Below, piece by piece: positions 10,845 to 24,610 of a DNA stretch of 64,000 nucleotides. A model generated the notes under the pieces. The model ran no database searches. It saw nothing but the letters and a program-made list of their open reading frames with translations, and was not told the origin of the DNA. Made by a program: the position numbers and the translations under genes. This stretch comes from Mobula hypostoma. Taxonomy: Eukaryota. Position 1 is the stretch's first letter. Each line of letters opens with the position of its first letter. Location of the stretch: NCBI RefSeq assembly GCF_963921235.1, contig NC_086097.1, positions 22,384,001-22,448,000 on the forward strand. Direction: 5' to 3'.

Positions 10845-11085
10845 AGCAACACGTGCAATGCTGGAGGAACTCACCAGGCCAGGCAGCATTCAATGTTTGA
10901 GGCTGAGACCCTTCTTCAGTGCCGGAAAGGAAGGGAGAAGAAGCCAGAAGCTCCGCTTCTTCCTTTCCAGTCCTAATGAAACGTCGACTGTTTATTCCTC
11001 TCCGTAGATGCTGCTTGACCTGCTGAGTTACTCCTGCATTTTGTGAGTGTTGCTCGGATTTCCAGCATCTGCAGCATCTGTGTTG
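10845..11085. mobile_element. Degenerate Penelope pseudo-LTR remnant with inverted halves
   Basis: GCTGGAGGAACTC...GGCAGCAT followed by its inverse GATGCTGC...CCAGCATCTGCAG. Broken hammerhead motif at about 10968-10990. Confidence 0.6.
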
Positions 11086-11576
11086 ATGATGATGACGGGT
11101 TAACCAAACATGGAAAAGGTTTGCAGAAAAGCAAATGGGGAGCAGACACCTCAAACTGTGCCCAAATCATATATTATGCACTGTATATGAATAAAAAAAA
11201 CATGGGTGTAAATACTTACTTTGATAATCTAGTATCTTAGCTCAAAATTTCATTCTTTTGACCTATCCTGTTCAAAATTACGGACGTTGAACCCACACAC
11301 TGTACCAACCTTGAGTTGTTCCGGTACTAATGGAACTTGACAAACAGGAGATAGATTTAACTTCAGATGTCAGTGTTACCGTGCTGGTAAAAGCAGATGG
11401 AGATACATGAGCCGTGTTTCATTTTAAGTATTCCTTTCTGGTCAAAGAACATAGGACAGTCCAGCACTGGACAGGCCATTTTGTCTATAATGCTCTGCTG
11501 ATTTTGATGCCAATTTATACTAAATGTCCCCCTCCTGTGTATCATCCATACCCCTCTATTCCCTTCATATTCATGA

Positions 11577-14500
11577 GTGACCAAGGGCTGGACTGGAACC
11601 AATGTCCGAGGGGGAGCGTTTGCTCCTGTTGTTCAGGAGGATTTAAACTAATGTGGCAGGGGGATGGGAACAAGTGCAGAGAGACAGAGGGGTGTAAAAT
11701 GAGGGTAGAAGCAAAAAGTAGTAAGGTGAAAAGTAAAAGTGGCAGGCCGGTAAATCCAGGGCAAAAATCAAAAAGGGCCACTTTTCAACATAATTGTATA
11801 AGGGCTAAGAGAGTTGTAAAAGCGAGCCTGAAGGCTTTGTGTGCCAATGCAAAGAGCATTTGTAACAAGGTGGATGAAATGAATGTGCAGAAAGTTATTA
11901 ATGAATATGATATAGTTGAGATCACAGAGACATGGCTCCAGGGTGACCAAGGATGGGAGCTCAACATTCAGGGATATTCAATATTCAGGAGGGATGGACA
12001 TGAAAGAAAAGGAGGTGGGGTGGCATTGCTGGTTAGAGAGGAGATTAACACAATGGAAAGGAAGGACATTAGCCGGGAGGATGTGGAATCGATATGGGTA
12101 GAACTGCATAACACTAAGGGGCAGAAAACGCTGGTGTGAGTTGTGTACAGGCCACCTAACAGTAGTAGTGAGGTTGGGGATGGCATTAAACAGGAAATTA
12201 GAAATGCGTGCAATAAAGGAACAGCAGTTATAATGGGTGACTTCAATCTACATATAGATTGGGTGAACCAAATTGGTAAGGGTGCAGAGGAAGAGGATTT
12301 CTTGGAATGTGTGCGGGATAGTTTTCTGAACCAACATGTCGAGGAACCAACTGGAGAGCAGGCCATTGTAGACTGGGTATTGAGCAATGAGGAAGGGTTA
12401 GTTAGCAACCTTGTCGTAAGAGTGACCATAATATGGTGGAATTCTTCATAAAGATGAAGAGTGATATAGTTAATTTAGTAACAAAGGTTCTGAACTTAAA
12501 GAAGGGTAACTTTGAAGGTATGAGACATGAATTAGCTAAGATAGACTGGCAAATGATATTTAAAGGGTTGACGGTGGATATGCAATGACAAGCATTTAAA
12601 GATCGCATGGATGAACTACAACAATTGTTCATCCCAGTTTCTCAAAAGAATAAACCAGGGAAGGTAGTGCACCCGTGGCTGACAAGGGAAATTAGGGATA
12701 GTATCAATTCCAAAGAAGAAGCATACAAATTAGCCAGAAAAAGTAGCACACCTGAGGACTGGGAGAAATTCAGAGTTCAGCAGAGGAGGACAAAGGGCTT
12801 AATTAGAAAAGGGAAAAAAGATTATGTGAGAAAGCTGGCAGGGAACATAACAACTGACTATAAAAGCTTTTATAGATATGTGAAAAGAAAAAGATTGGTT
12901 AGGACAAATATAGGTCCCTTACAGTCAGAACAGGTGAATTGATCTTGGGGAACAAGGACATGGCAGACCAATTGAATAACTACTTTGGTTCTGCCTTCAC
13001 TAAGGAGGACATAAATAATCTTCCAGAAATAGTAGGGGACCAAGGATCTAGTGAGATGGAGGAACTGAGGGAATTACATGTTAGTAGGGAAGTGGTGTTA
13101 GGTAAATTGAAGGGATTAAAGGCAGATAGATCCCCAGGGCCAGATGGTCTGCATCCCAGAGTGCTTAAGGAAGTAGCCCAAGAAATCGTGGATGCATTAG
13201 TGATAATTTTTCAAAACTCTTTAGATTCTGGACTAGTTCCTGAGGATTGGAGGGTGGCTAATGTAACCCCACTTTTTAAAAAAGGAGGGAGAGAGAAACC
13301 GGGGAATTACAGACTGGTTAGCCTAATATCGGTGGTGGGGAAAATGCTAGAGTCAGTTATCAAAGATGTGATAACAGCACACTTGGAAAGCAGTGAAATC
13401 ATCGGACAACGTCAGCAGGGATTTGTGAAAGGAAAATCATGTCTGACTCATGTCATAGAATTTTTTGAGGATGTAACTAGTAGAGTGGATAGGGGAGAAC
13501 CAGTGGATGTGATATATTTGGATTTTCAAAAGACTTTTGACAAGGTCCCACACAGGAGATTAGTGTGCAAACTTAAAGCACACGGTATTGGGGGTAAGGT
13601 ATTGATGCGGATAGAGAATTGGTTGGCAGACAGGAAGCAAAGAGTGGGAATAAACGGGACCTTTTCAGAATGGCAGGCGGTGACTAGTGGGGTACCGCAA
13701 GGCTCAGTGCTGGGACCCCAGTTGTTCACAATATATATTAATAACTTAGACGAGGGAATTAAATGCAGCATCTCCAAGTTTGCAGATGACACGAAGCTGG
13801 GCGGCAGTGTTAGCTGTGAGGAGGATGCTAAGAGGATGCAGCGTGACTTGGATAGGTTGGGTGAGTGGGCAAATTCATGACGGATGCAATTTAATGTGGA
13901 TAAATGTGAGGTTATCAACTTTGGTGGCAAGAACAGGAAAACAGATTATTATCTGAATGGTGGCCAATTAGGAAAAGGGGAGGTGCAACGAGACCTGGGT
14001 GTAATTGTACAGCAGTCACTGAAAGTGGGCATGCAGGTACAGCAGGTGGTGAAAAAGGCGAATGGTATGCTGATATTCCTAGCAAGAGGATTCGAGTACA
14101 GGAGCAGGGAGGTACTACTGCAGTTGTACAAGGCCTTGGTGAGACCACACCTGGAGTATTGTGTGCAGTTTTGGTCCCCTAATCTGAGGAAAGGCATTCT
14201 TGCCATAGAGGGAGTACAAAGAAGGTTCACCAGATTGATTCCTGGGATGGCAAGACTTCCATATGATGAAAGACTGGATCGACTAGGCTTATACTCTCTG
14301 GAATTTAGAAGATTGAGGGGAGATCTTATTGAAACGTATAAAATCCTAAAGGGATTGGACAGGCTAGATGTAGGAAGATTGTTCCCGGCGTTGAGGAAGT
14401 CCAGAATGAGGGGTCACAGTTTGAGGATAAAGGGGAAGCCTTTTAGGACCGAGATTAGGAAAAACTTCTTCACACAGAGAGTGGTGAATCTGTGGCATCT

Positions 14501-14711
14501 CTGCCACAGGAAACAGTTGAGGCCAGTTCATTGGCTATATTTAAGAGGAAGTTAGATATGGCCCTTGCGGCTTAAGGGATCACGCGGTATGGAGGGAAGG
14601 CAGGTACAGGGTTCTGAGATGGATGATTAGCCGTGATCATACTGAATGGCGGTGCAGGCTCGAAGGGCCAAATGGCCTAATCCTGCACCTATTTTCAATG
14701 TTTCTATGTTC
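11577..14711 (+). mobile_element. CR1 LINE, 5'-truncated, near-complete ORF2 (APE + RT) with stops and frameshifts
   Basis: APE motifs NAKSICNK, ITETWL, YRPP, MGDFN. RT motifs [36 protein letters not shown]-terminal LVRPHLEY, FFTQRVVNLW and a TTCTATGT tail. ORF2 is broken across several frames. Confidence 0.95.
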
Positions 14712-15079
14712 ATAATTAGTGAGGATATCAAAAGTTTTGGGGAGAAGGAAGGGAAATATGACTAAGAGGAGTAATAATTCAGCCACGATGGAATAGCAGA
14801 GCAGAATCAATGGGCTGAATGGCTTAATTCTGCTCCTGTGTCTTATGTCTGATAGGAAACTTCCTATCCACATCCATTCTAACTAGACCTTTCAATATTT
14901 GGAAGATTTCAATGACACACCCCTCAATCTTCTAAACTTCAGATGGCTTTGGGTTCAGGCCCGAAGCCGTCAAACAGTCTTTATATGTTAACCCTTTTAT
15001 TCTCAGGATCATTCTCGTGAACTTCCTCTAAGACTCAGTAAAAACATTTAATTCTATTACTCCATTGTTGTTCTTGCTC

Positions 15080-17865
15080 CATGGCCATTGTGTGTTCTTC
15101 ATGCCAGACGTTGGAGTCCTGGGAGACCCAGAGGTTCCCAGGACACTACATCTCTCTAAAGTGCATTCAGCTGCCCCTCTTTGAAGTTCATGTTAGGGAT
15201 CTGGAGCAGCAGCTGGATGACCTTCGGCTTGTACGGGAGAGAGAGGAGATAATCGATGAGAGTTACAGGGAAGTAGTCACCCGAAGTCGCAGGAGGTGGG
15301 TAGCTGGGTGACTGTCGGTAGAAGGAATAGGAAGGTGAACAGGCAGTTAGCGCAGAGCACCCCTGTGCTCATTCCCCTCAATAATAAGTACATTGTTTTG
15401 GATACTGTTGTGGGGATGACCTCCGTTGGGAATGCCATGGAGACTGGGTTACTGGCACTAAGCATGGGTTGGTGGTGCAGAAAGGAAAGAGGGAGAAGGC
15501 AGAAGTGGTAGTGATAGGCAGATCAGGTATATTAGATTGGGTGTTATGTAATGAACCAGAGGCGATTAGGGAACAAGGTAACAGAACCCTTAGGAGGCTT
15601 TGATCACAATATGATTCAACTTGAAATTTGATAGGGAGAAAGTAAAGACTGACATAGCAGTATTTCAGTGGAGTATAGGAAATTACAGGGGTATGAGAGA
15701 GGAGCTGAACAAAGTAAATTGGAAGGAGATGCTGGAAGGAATGACAGCAGAGCAGCAATGGTGTGAGTTTCTGGAAAAAATGAGGAAGGTGCAGGATAGA
15801 TGTATTTCAAAAACAAAGAACTACTCAAATGGCAAAATAGTACAACTGTGGCTGACAAGGGAAGTCAAAGCTAACGTAAAAGCAAACAAAAGGGCATACA
15901 ACAACGCAAAAATTAACAGGAAGGTAGAGGATCGGGAAGCTTTTAAAAACCTACACAAAATAACTAAAAAAAATTAGAAAGGAAAGGATAAAATATGAAA
16001 GGAAGCCAGCAAACAATATCAAAGTGGACAGTAGAAGCTTTTTCAAGTACGTAAAGAATAAAAGACAGATGAAAGTCGATATAGGACTGCTAGAAAATGA
16101 GACCAGAGAAATAATAATGGGGGACAAGGAAATGGCAGATGAACTAAAGGGGTATTTTGCATCGGTCTTCACTGTGGAAGACACTAGCAGTGTATCAGTT
16201 ATTGAAGAGTGTGAAGGAAGAGAAGTAAGTGCAGTTAATATTACAGTGGAGAAGATCCTCAAAAAGCTGAAAGACCGAAGGGTACGTAAATCATTCGGAC
16301 CAGATGAACTGCACCCTAGGGTTCTGAAAGAGGTAGTAGTAGAGATTACGGAGGCATTAGTAATGATCCTTCAAAAATCATTGGACTCTGGCATAGTGCC
16401 AGAGGACTGAAGAACTCCAAATGTCACTCCACTCTTTAAGAAAGAAGGGAGGCAGCAGAAAGGAAATTATACACTAGTTAGCCTGACTTCAGTCATTGGG
16501 AAGATGTTGGTGTCAGTTGTTAGGATGAGGTTATAGAGTACTTGGTGACACAGGACAAGATAAGACAAAGTCAGTATGGTTTTCCTTGGGGAAATCTTGC
16601 CTGACAAACCTGTTGGAATTCTTTGAGGAGACTACAAATGGGATAGATAAAAGGGATTCAATGGATGCTGTATAATTGGACTTTCAGAAGGCTTTGACAA
16701 GATGTCAATCATGAGGCTACTTAACAAGTTAAGAGCCCATGGCATTACAGGAAAGTTACTGGCATGGTTAGAGCATTGGCTGATTGGTAGGAGAGTGTGA
16801 GTGGAAATAAAAGGATCCTTTTCTGGTTGGTTGCCTGTGAGTAGTGGTGTTCTGCAGGGGCAGTTTTGGGATTGCTTCTTTTTATGCTGTGTATCAGTGA
16901 TTTAGATGATGGAATAGAGGCGTTTGTTGCCATATTTGCAGATGGTATGAAGATTGGTGGAGGGGAAGGTAGTGTTGAGTAAACAGGTAGGCTGCAGGAG
17001 GACTTAAACAGATTAGGAGAGTGGGCAAGAAAGTGGCAAATGAAATACAATGTTGGAAAACACATGGCATGCACTTTGGTAGTAGAAATAAATGTGCAGA
17101 CTATTTTCTAACTGGGAGAAAATCCAAAAATATGAGATACAAAGCGACTTGGGAGTCCTTGTGCAGAACACCCTAAAGGTTAACTTGCAGGTAGAGTTGG
17201 TGGTGAGGAAGGCAAGTGCAATGTTGGCATTCATTTCAAGAAGTCTAGAATACAAGAGCAGGGATGAGATGCTGAGGCTTTATAAGGCACTGGTGAGGCT
17301 TCACCTTGAGTATTGTGAACAGTTTAGGGCTCCTCATCTCAGAAAAGATGTGTTGGCTTTGGAGGGGGTTCAGAGGAGGTTCACAAGGATGATTCCAGGA
17401 ATTGAAAGGGTTATCATACGATGAACGATTGATGGCTTTTGGTCTGTACTCGTTGAAATTTAGAAGGATGAGGGAGGATTTCATTGAAATCTTTTGAATG
17501 TTGAAAGCCATAGACATGGTAGATGTGGAAATGATGCTTCCTATGGTGTGGGAGTCTAGGACAAGAGGGCACAGATTCGGGATAGAAGGGAGTTCATTTA
17601 AAACAGAGATGCGGAGAAATTTCTTTAGCCATAGGGTCGTGAATTTGTGGAATTTGTTACCACAGGCAGCTCTGGAGGCCAGGTTATTGAGTGTATTTAA
17701 GGCAGAGAGTTCTTGATTATATACAGCATCAAAGGTTACAGAAAGAAGACTGGAGAGTTGGGCTGAGGAGAGGAAAAAAGGATCAGCCATGATTAAATGG
17801 TGGAGCAGACTCGATGGGACAAATGGTTTAATTCTGCCCCTCTGTTTTATGGTCTTATGGTCTTA
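15080..17865 (+). mobile_element. Older CR1 LINE: ORF1 5' fragment plus decayed ORF2 and 3' UTR
   Basis: ORF1-like VCSSCQ...KCIQL...VRDLEQQLDDL. ORF2 [36 protein letters not shown]. (TATGGTCT)n tail. Confidence 0.85.
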
Positions 17866-18034
17866 TAATACATAACTCAGAGCTGTGCCATCTACTGCAA
17901 CAGACCTGCAGCTAACATGAAGCACAGGTTTTCTGAAATGCAGAAAAATTGATTCATGCAGATGGTGGTGTATCTTTGGAATTCTCTACCTCAGATGACT
18001 GAGGGGATTCAATTAGTGAGTTCATACATAACGG

Positions 18035-19165
18035 TGTGGCGCGTGGCCAAGTGTCTTCTTTCTTTACGGATCGTGGTTTCCCTTCTGCTGTCATCAATGA
18101 TGCCCTCACCCGCATCTCCTCCATTTCCCTCACTTCGGCTCTCACCCCATCCTCCCGCCACCACAACAGGGACAGAGTTCCCCTTGTCCTCACCTACCAC
18201 CCCACCAGCCTCCGGATCCAGCACATTATCCTCTGCAACTTCCGCCACCTTCAATAGGACCCCACCACTAAGCACATCTTTCCCTCTCCACCCCTCTCCG
18301 CTTTCCGCAGGGATCAGTCCCTCCGCAACTCTCTGGTCCACACGTCCCTCCCCACCTGGCACTTATCCCTGTAAGCGTAAGTGCTACACCTGTCCCTACA
18401 CCTCCTCTCTTGTCACCATTCAGGGCCCCAAACAGTCCTTCCAAGTGAGGCAACACTTCACTTGTGAGTCTGTTGGGGTCATTTATTGCATCCGGTGCTC
18501 CCGGTACGGCCTCCTCTACATCGGTGAAACCCGATGCAGATTGGAGGACCGCTTCGTCGAGCACCTCCGCTCCGTCCACCACAACAGACAGGATCTCCCG
18601 GTTGCCACCCACTTCAACTCTGCTTCCCACTCCCATTCAGATATGTCCATACATGGCCTCCTCTACTGCCATGATGAGGCTAAACTCAGGTTGGAGAAGC
18701 AACACCTCATATACCGTCTAGGTAGTCTCCAGCCCCTTGGTATGAACATCGAATTCTCCAACTTCTGGTAATTCCCTCCCCGTCCCTTCCTCTATCCCTA
18801 TGTCACTCTGCCCCCTCCTCCAGCTGCCTATCACCTCCCTCATGGTTCTGCCTCCTTCTACCACCCATTGTGTTTTCCCCTATTCCTTCTTCACCTTTCC
18901 TGCCTATCACCTCCCTGCTTCCCTCCCCCACCCCTTTATCTTTCCCCCTACTGGTTTTTCACCTGGAACCTACCAGCCTTCTCCTTCTCACCCTCCCCCA
19001 CCTTCTTTATAGGGCCTCTGCCCCTTCCCTCTACAGTCCTGATGAAGGGTTCTGGCCCGAAACGTCGACCTATCTTTTCCACGGATGCTGCCCGACCTGC
19101 TGAGTTCCTCCAGCATGTTGTGAGTGTTGCTTTGACCCCAGCATCTGCAGAGTATTTTGTGTTTA
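18035..19165 (+). mobile_element. Penelope-like element, 5'-truncated: GIY-YIG endonuclease plus pseudo-LTR
   Basis: CKRKCYTCP...FTCESVGVIYCIRC...LYIGET...RFVEHLRS...PVATHFN...RLEKQHLIYRLGSLQPLGMNIEFSNF*, then a pyrimidine-rich UTR and hammerhead motif. Confidence 0.9.
19035..19070 (+). ncRNA. Minimal type I hammerhead ribozyme motif
   Basis: AGTC-CTGATGA-AGGGTTCTGGCCC-GAAAC-GTC-GAC: conserved core, stem II GGG/CCC, GUC triplet, short stem I. Confidence 0.65.
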
Positions 19166-20032
19166 CTGAAAAAAAGTGTCTGGCTATCCACTCAGTCTAT
19201 GCCTCTCGTACACCTCTATCAAGTCACCATTCAGCTGTCCTTCACTCCAAAGAGAAAAGCCCTCACTTGCTTCATACATTTGGAGGACTAATGAGATATG
19301 ATGTGTTACAGAAGCAAATTCATATCAGTAAATAGACAGTCTGATACTTGCCCTCCTTCCTACCCCCTCTTATGCATTACTCCATCCAGTACTCTGGTTG
19401 TGAACTGATAAAATTCATCTGATTAATCCAGCCCAGTTCATGTAATGAGCTGCCTTTTACAGCTATCTTTTGAAAAAAAAATCCTGACAGTTGAAAAAGA
19501 ATCTTGTTGAAACAGCTTCTATTTCTGCAACATCATTCGCATCCTGAATGTGGAAGAGTGTTCCCATTAGATTATGATAACACAGTCTAATAGGGACATT
19601 TGATGTCCAGTAGTGCCCTTGACAATATCTTTGAGCTTATCAAAGCTGACAGCCATTAGGATCCAAAATGATTCTTATTTATTATTAATATTATTATTAC
19701 TATAATTACTTTTGTATTTGCACAGTTTATTGAGTTTTGCACATAAGTTGTTTGTCCTTTGGGGGTAGTCTTTAATTGAATCTATTCTGTTTCTTGCAGT
19801 TATTGTGAATGCCCACAAGAAAATGAATCTCAGGGCTGTATATGGTGACATATATGTACTTCCATAATAAATTTACTTTGAACTTTTGAACTTTGACTAT
19901 AGCAGTGAGAGAATGAAGGTGTCTCACCATTGGTTGGCACAGGACTTTGCGAAAGGTGCTATAATCATTCTTAAACTTTTTTTTTACAATTGCATGACCC
20001 TGCTGGACATTAAAACTTTAAGTACTGCAGGT

Positions 20033-20475
20033 AGAAACATAGAAACATAGAAACATAGAAACATAGAAAATAGGTGCAGGAGTAGGCCATTCGGCCGTTC
20101 GAGCCTGCACCACCATCCATTATGATCATGGCTGATCATCCAACTCAGAACCCTGTACCTGCCTTCTCTCCATACCCCCTGATCCCTTTAGCCACAAGGG
20201 CCATATCTAACTGCCTCTTAAATATAGCCAAAGAACTGGCCTCAACTGTTTCCTGTGGCAGAGAATTCCACTGATTCACCACTCTCTGTGTGAAGTTGTT
20301 TTTCCTCATCTCGGTCCTAAAAGGCTTCCCCTTTATCCTCAAACTGTGACCCCTCGTTCTGGACTTCCCCAACATCGGGAACAATCTTCCTGAATCTAGC
20401 CTGTCCAATCCCTTTAGAATTTTATAAGTTTCAATAAGATCCCTCCTCAATCTTCTAAATTCCAGCGAGTATAAG
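20033..20475 (-). mobile_element. CR1 LINE 3' end, same family as 11577-14711
   Basis: DLIETYKILKGLDRLD...TRGHSLRIKGKPFRTE and a (TTTCTATG)n tail. Confidence 0.9.
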
Positions 20476-20479
20476 GTCT

Positions 20480-21090
20480 ACCCCATCAGCGAGTTGCATG
20501 TTGGCAGAGAAACTGAAGGAGCTAGACATAGTGTAGATCATGCTGCTACCTGTTACTGAGAGGTGACGGAGCATGAAGGTGGTATGCAGTCTACAGTGAG
20601 TGATTGTCTTAGTTACCTTTCTTGCAACTGCAAGACCTTGTTGGACATTGGTAATGTGGAATGCTGCAGGTCACTGGTTTATTGGTGAGACAGATGGTAG
20701 GGAGCTGTGTGGCCTTATCGTAGCAAGGACTAAGCGTCAAGCCATGGTATTGGCTGTTTGCAGCCTTTCAGAAGAGTTGGTGCCAGAGGTGGTGTGGTGT
20801 GCCATCCCGGCTGGTGTCAATGCTGCCCTCTAGTGTTTACTTGATGGAAGGCAAGCTATATAGTGTTCAGTTGCAGACTGCTGCAACGTTCATGGGCTCA
20901 GGGACTTGGACTAATTTTTGTGTGATTGTATGTTTATTGCTATCTTATACAGTGTTCTATATGTACCTTGAATTGTGCGTGACTGTTAGTACTGTGTTTC
21001 ACACCTTGGCCCCAGAGTAACACTGTTCAGTTTGGCTATATTCATGGGTGTTCATGTATCATTGAATGACAATTAAACTTGAACTTGCTT
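20480..21090 (+). mobile_element. Non-autonomous retroelement or LINE 3' UTR with a (TTGAAC)n tail
   Basis: Ends TGAATGACAATTAAACTTGAACTTG; the same tail recurs at about 22430-22475. Confidence 0.5.
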
Positions 21091-21819
21091 TTGGAGCCCT
21101 ACTGGGTACACCATCGGGGCCCCGACACTTTGCAATGCTTTACCCTTTTGAAACATGTTCTGATTTCGGCCTTCGAGACAGAGACCACAGGATCACCAGA
21201 CTGATTAATTGTTGTACATCCCAGCCAGTGGATTGGTGGCTTGTTGCAGAACACATCCAAAATTAAATGAAAATGAAGACCAGATAATATCATTCAATGT
21301 CTTGTTCTCTAACTATTCAAACCAATAGTTACATATTTTGCTCAATATTCAAAAGATCTGATGACTGGGTGGAATTCATAACAGCTATCAAGTCCCTATT
21401 TAGTATATTTAGTATATTCTAGTTTCCAAATCCACTGAAAATAAAAATATTCCCATAATATTTAAAAAGCTGTATTCTATCCTACAATAAAATAAATTGA
21501 TAGTTTAGTTGGTCATTGTTAATTGTTCTGTGATTAGCTAGGATTAACTCGGGGGATTGCTGGGTGCTGTGGGACCCAGGGACAAAAGGGCCTATTCTGT
21601 GCTGTATCTCAATAAAACAAAAATAAAATATAAAAAATAATGACAATTCTAACTTTCAGATAGATCAATCTAAATTTGTCTCTGATATATTAGTAAAGAT
21701 AATGTTAGAACATAACCCTAACCTAACATAACGCATAACACAGGCCTTTTGGCCTGTGATGTTTTTATCACCTTAACAGAGGTGTATGAGAGGCTGACAA
21801 GGTATAGGAAGGAAAGTAC

Positions 21820-22075
21820 GTCATATCCAGAGTTTCTCCGGTGAGCGGATGATTTCCCTCCACGCCTCTCTGACGTAGACATAGTGGGAAACTGCGTACG
21901 AGGCAAGTTACAGCAGTGGTTTGCCATTGCCTTCTGCCGGGTGAGTTTCCAAAGAGATCACCAGCTCGTAACCCAGCACGGACAGAAAGCGTGCAGGGGA
22001 GCCAGCTGGATTCAATCTCGGGACCTTTTGTCCCAAAGTCCGACGCTGATGCCACTATGCCACCAACCGGGTCTG
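21820..22075 (-). mobile_element. tRNA-derived SINE
   Basis: A-box TGGCATAGTGG at 22062-22052, B-box-like GAGATTGAATCC, then a GGCAATGGCAAACCAC body. Confidence 0.6.
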
Positions 22076-22079
22076 ACAA

Positions 22080-22420
22080 AGTATAGATTGAGTGGTAAAA
22101 CAGAGATTTTCCCCCAGGGCAGAAATAGCTAACACAAGGGGGCACCATTTTAAAGTGACTGGAAGAAAGCATAAGGTGGGATGTCAGAGTTAATTTTTTT
22201 TACACAGAGAGTGGTGGTTGCATGGAGTGTGCTGCCAAGGTTGGTGGTACGGGCAGATACATTAGGGGCATTTAAAAGACTCTTATAATAGGCACATGGA
22301 TGAAAGAAAAATGGAGGGCTGTGTGGGAGGGACAGGTTAGATTGGTCTTAGAGTGGGTTAAAGGATCAGCACAACATTGTGGGCTGAAGGGCCTGAATTG
22401 TGCTGCTTTCAATTTAATGT
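22080..22420 (+). mobile_element. CR1 LINE 3' end
   Basis: TTTTACACAGAGAGTGGTG and GGGCTGAAGGGCCTG 3' UTR motifs. Confidence 0.7.
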
Positions 22421-23448
22421 ATTCGTGAGTATTCATGTATGGTTGAATGACAATTAAACTTGAACTTGAGCTTGAGGTATTGTTCTGCAGTAAGTTCTAT
22501 ATTGTGCCAAATCAATTAAGCTGATGATGCCTAATTAAACAAATCTCTTCTGTTTGCACATGGTCCATAACTTTCTATTCCTCGCATATTGATGTGCCTA
22601 TCTCAGAGCCTCTTAAATTCTCTAACATCTCTACCTGTACCATCACCCCAGGCATCTCCTACTCTCTGGATAAAAATCTTGTCCCGCAGATGCTGCCTGA
22701 CCTGCTGAGTTCCTTCAGCATTTTGTGGTGTGCTGCCTGTGCATCTCCTTTGAACTTTGCCCTTCTCATCTTAAATGCATACTTTCTGGCATTAGGTATT
22801 CTTACCTTCAGAAAAACATACCATATCTATGTCTCTTATACTTTTTTTTATATAAATTTCTTTCAGTTTTTGCCCAGCATAAAAATTGTGCCAAGTTGGC
22901 TTATCCGAACTTGGAAACAATGAAAGCAATTGAGCCATTTGACTGGGAGAATGACTCTGTCGGTAAATGGTGAAACTGGTAAAGTAATTGCATCTAATGT
23001 AACTGTGACATCTGCTAATTATTGGCTCTGCTCTCCTAAGTTACAGAATACAGTAATGTGCAGCATGTAAAGAAAAATTCCAAAACAATATCTTTTTTGT
23101 TTGATGACTCCAGTCCCATTAAAAAATTAACAGGACTTGGTCTGACTGAAAGATTTAACCATTTGGAATCATATCAAACTATATTTCTGTGTGTTCCCTG
23201 CCAGATGAAGCAGTAAAGCAACATGAGACATTCCTTGTCCTGGAAAATCTCTTCAGGGACATGTCAGCTTAATTTCCAAGATCAGCTCACTGTCATGTTG
23301 TGTCCCTAGAGTTTTACCCACTTGACTCTCCAGGAGATGCTGAAGTGTTGCTTTATTTTAATAGTCCATATCAATCGATCCCTCAAAGTTGCCATGCAAG
23401 TTAGGAAGACATATAATATGTTGTCTGCCATTATTCAGCAGATTTTTT

Positions 23449-24030
23449 ACTTAAATCTTTTTATTAATTATTATTGAAAATCAACAACAGCAAAAAATAC
23501 ATCAAAATAATCAAGATAACATATCCACATGTAGAATAAGAGTTAAACTATCAACCAAACTGAACAGTATATCAATAATAATAAAAAAAACAAAATGTTA
23601 AAGCTTTTTTTAAAAAAAAGAAAGAAAAAAGAACCTCTAATAACTAAAACAAAAAAAACCCCAATAACAAAAAAAACGGGAAAAAAACCCATTTGGAGCA
23701 CAAACCCGGAGCTATACGCCATACAAGCTTCCATAAAAAAAGACATCAATCCGCCAATCAAATCCATATACCCAAGCATCAGAAAAGGACCATCTTTATT
23801 AACTCAAATCAAATGATAATAATGGGCAAAAGAACCCCACCTTTTCTCGAAGTCAAATCTAGGATCAAAAGTTCGACTTCTAATTTTTTCCAAACTAAGA
23901 CACAACATCACCTGAGAGAACCATTGTATCAAAGTGGGAGCAGAGGCATCTTTCCATCTTAATAAAATAGCCCCTCTAGCCAATAATGTGACAAATGCAA
24001 TTACGTGTTGGTCTGATATCAAAATAGCAG
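23449..24030 (-). mobile_element. L1/Tx1-like LINE 3' fragment inserted in a CR1
   Basis: AFVTLLARGAILLRWKDASAPTLIQW...LSLEKIR...RWGSF resembles the fish L1 ORF2 C-terminus. T-rich UTR and AATAAA near 23465. Confidence 0.7.
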
Positions 24031-24610
24031 ATTGAGTTCAAGAGCCAGAAGGTAACGTTGCAACTCTATAAAAACGGGGTTAGACCACACTTGGAGTATT
24101 GTGTTCAATTCTGGTCGACTCATGTGGAAGATTTCGAGAGGGTGCAGAGAAGGTTTGCCAGGATGCTGCTTGGATTAGAAAGCATGTCTTATGAAGATAG
24201 GTTGAGCGAGCTAGGGCTTTTCTCCTTGGAGTGAAGGAGGATGAGAGGGGACTTGATAGAGGTGTACAAGATGATAAGATAAGAGGCATGGATTGAGCGG
24301 AGAGCTGGAGGCTTTTTCCCAGAGCAGAAATGACTAATACAAAGGGGCATAATTGTAAGGTTATTGAAGGAAAGTATACTGGGGATGTCAGAGGTAAGCT
24401 CTTTACATAGAGAGTGGTGGGTATGTGGGTGCCAGTGGTGGTGGTAGAGGCAGTTAAGAAATTCCTAGATAGGTACATGGATGATAAATAAATGGGGAGC
24501 TACGTAGGAGGGAAAGGAAGCTATGTAGGTTGATCTTAAGTAAACTAATGGGTCTGGACACTATTATGGGCTGAAAGGCCTGTCCAGTGCTGTAATATTC
24601 TATGTTCTAA
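24031..24610 (+). mobile_element. CR1 LINE 3' region; its upstream part lies at about 23375-23440
   Basis: RPHLEYCVQFWS and a CTATGTTCTA tail. Confidence 0.8.

Noticed and set aside
11577..14711. Active CR1 or a host reverse-transcriptase gene
   Set aside because: It is 5'-truncated and ORF2 is broken by stops and frameshifts, for example near 12139, 12420, 12940 and 13880.
20033..20070. (ATAGAAAC)n and similar short tandem arrays as CRISPR-like or satellite repeats
   Set aside because: They have no spacers and are ordinary retroelement 3' tails. The DNA is eukaryotic with no cas genes.
14300..20475. Long-range inverted repeat between 14300-14710 and 20060-20475
   Set aside because: Explained by two independent, oppositely oriented copies of an abundant CR1 family.
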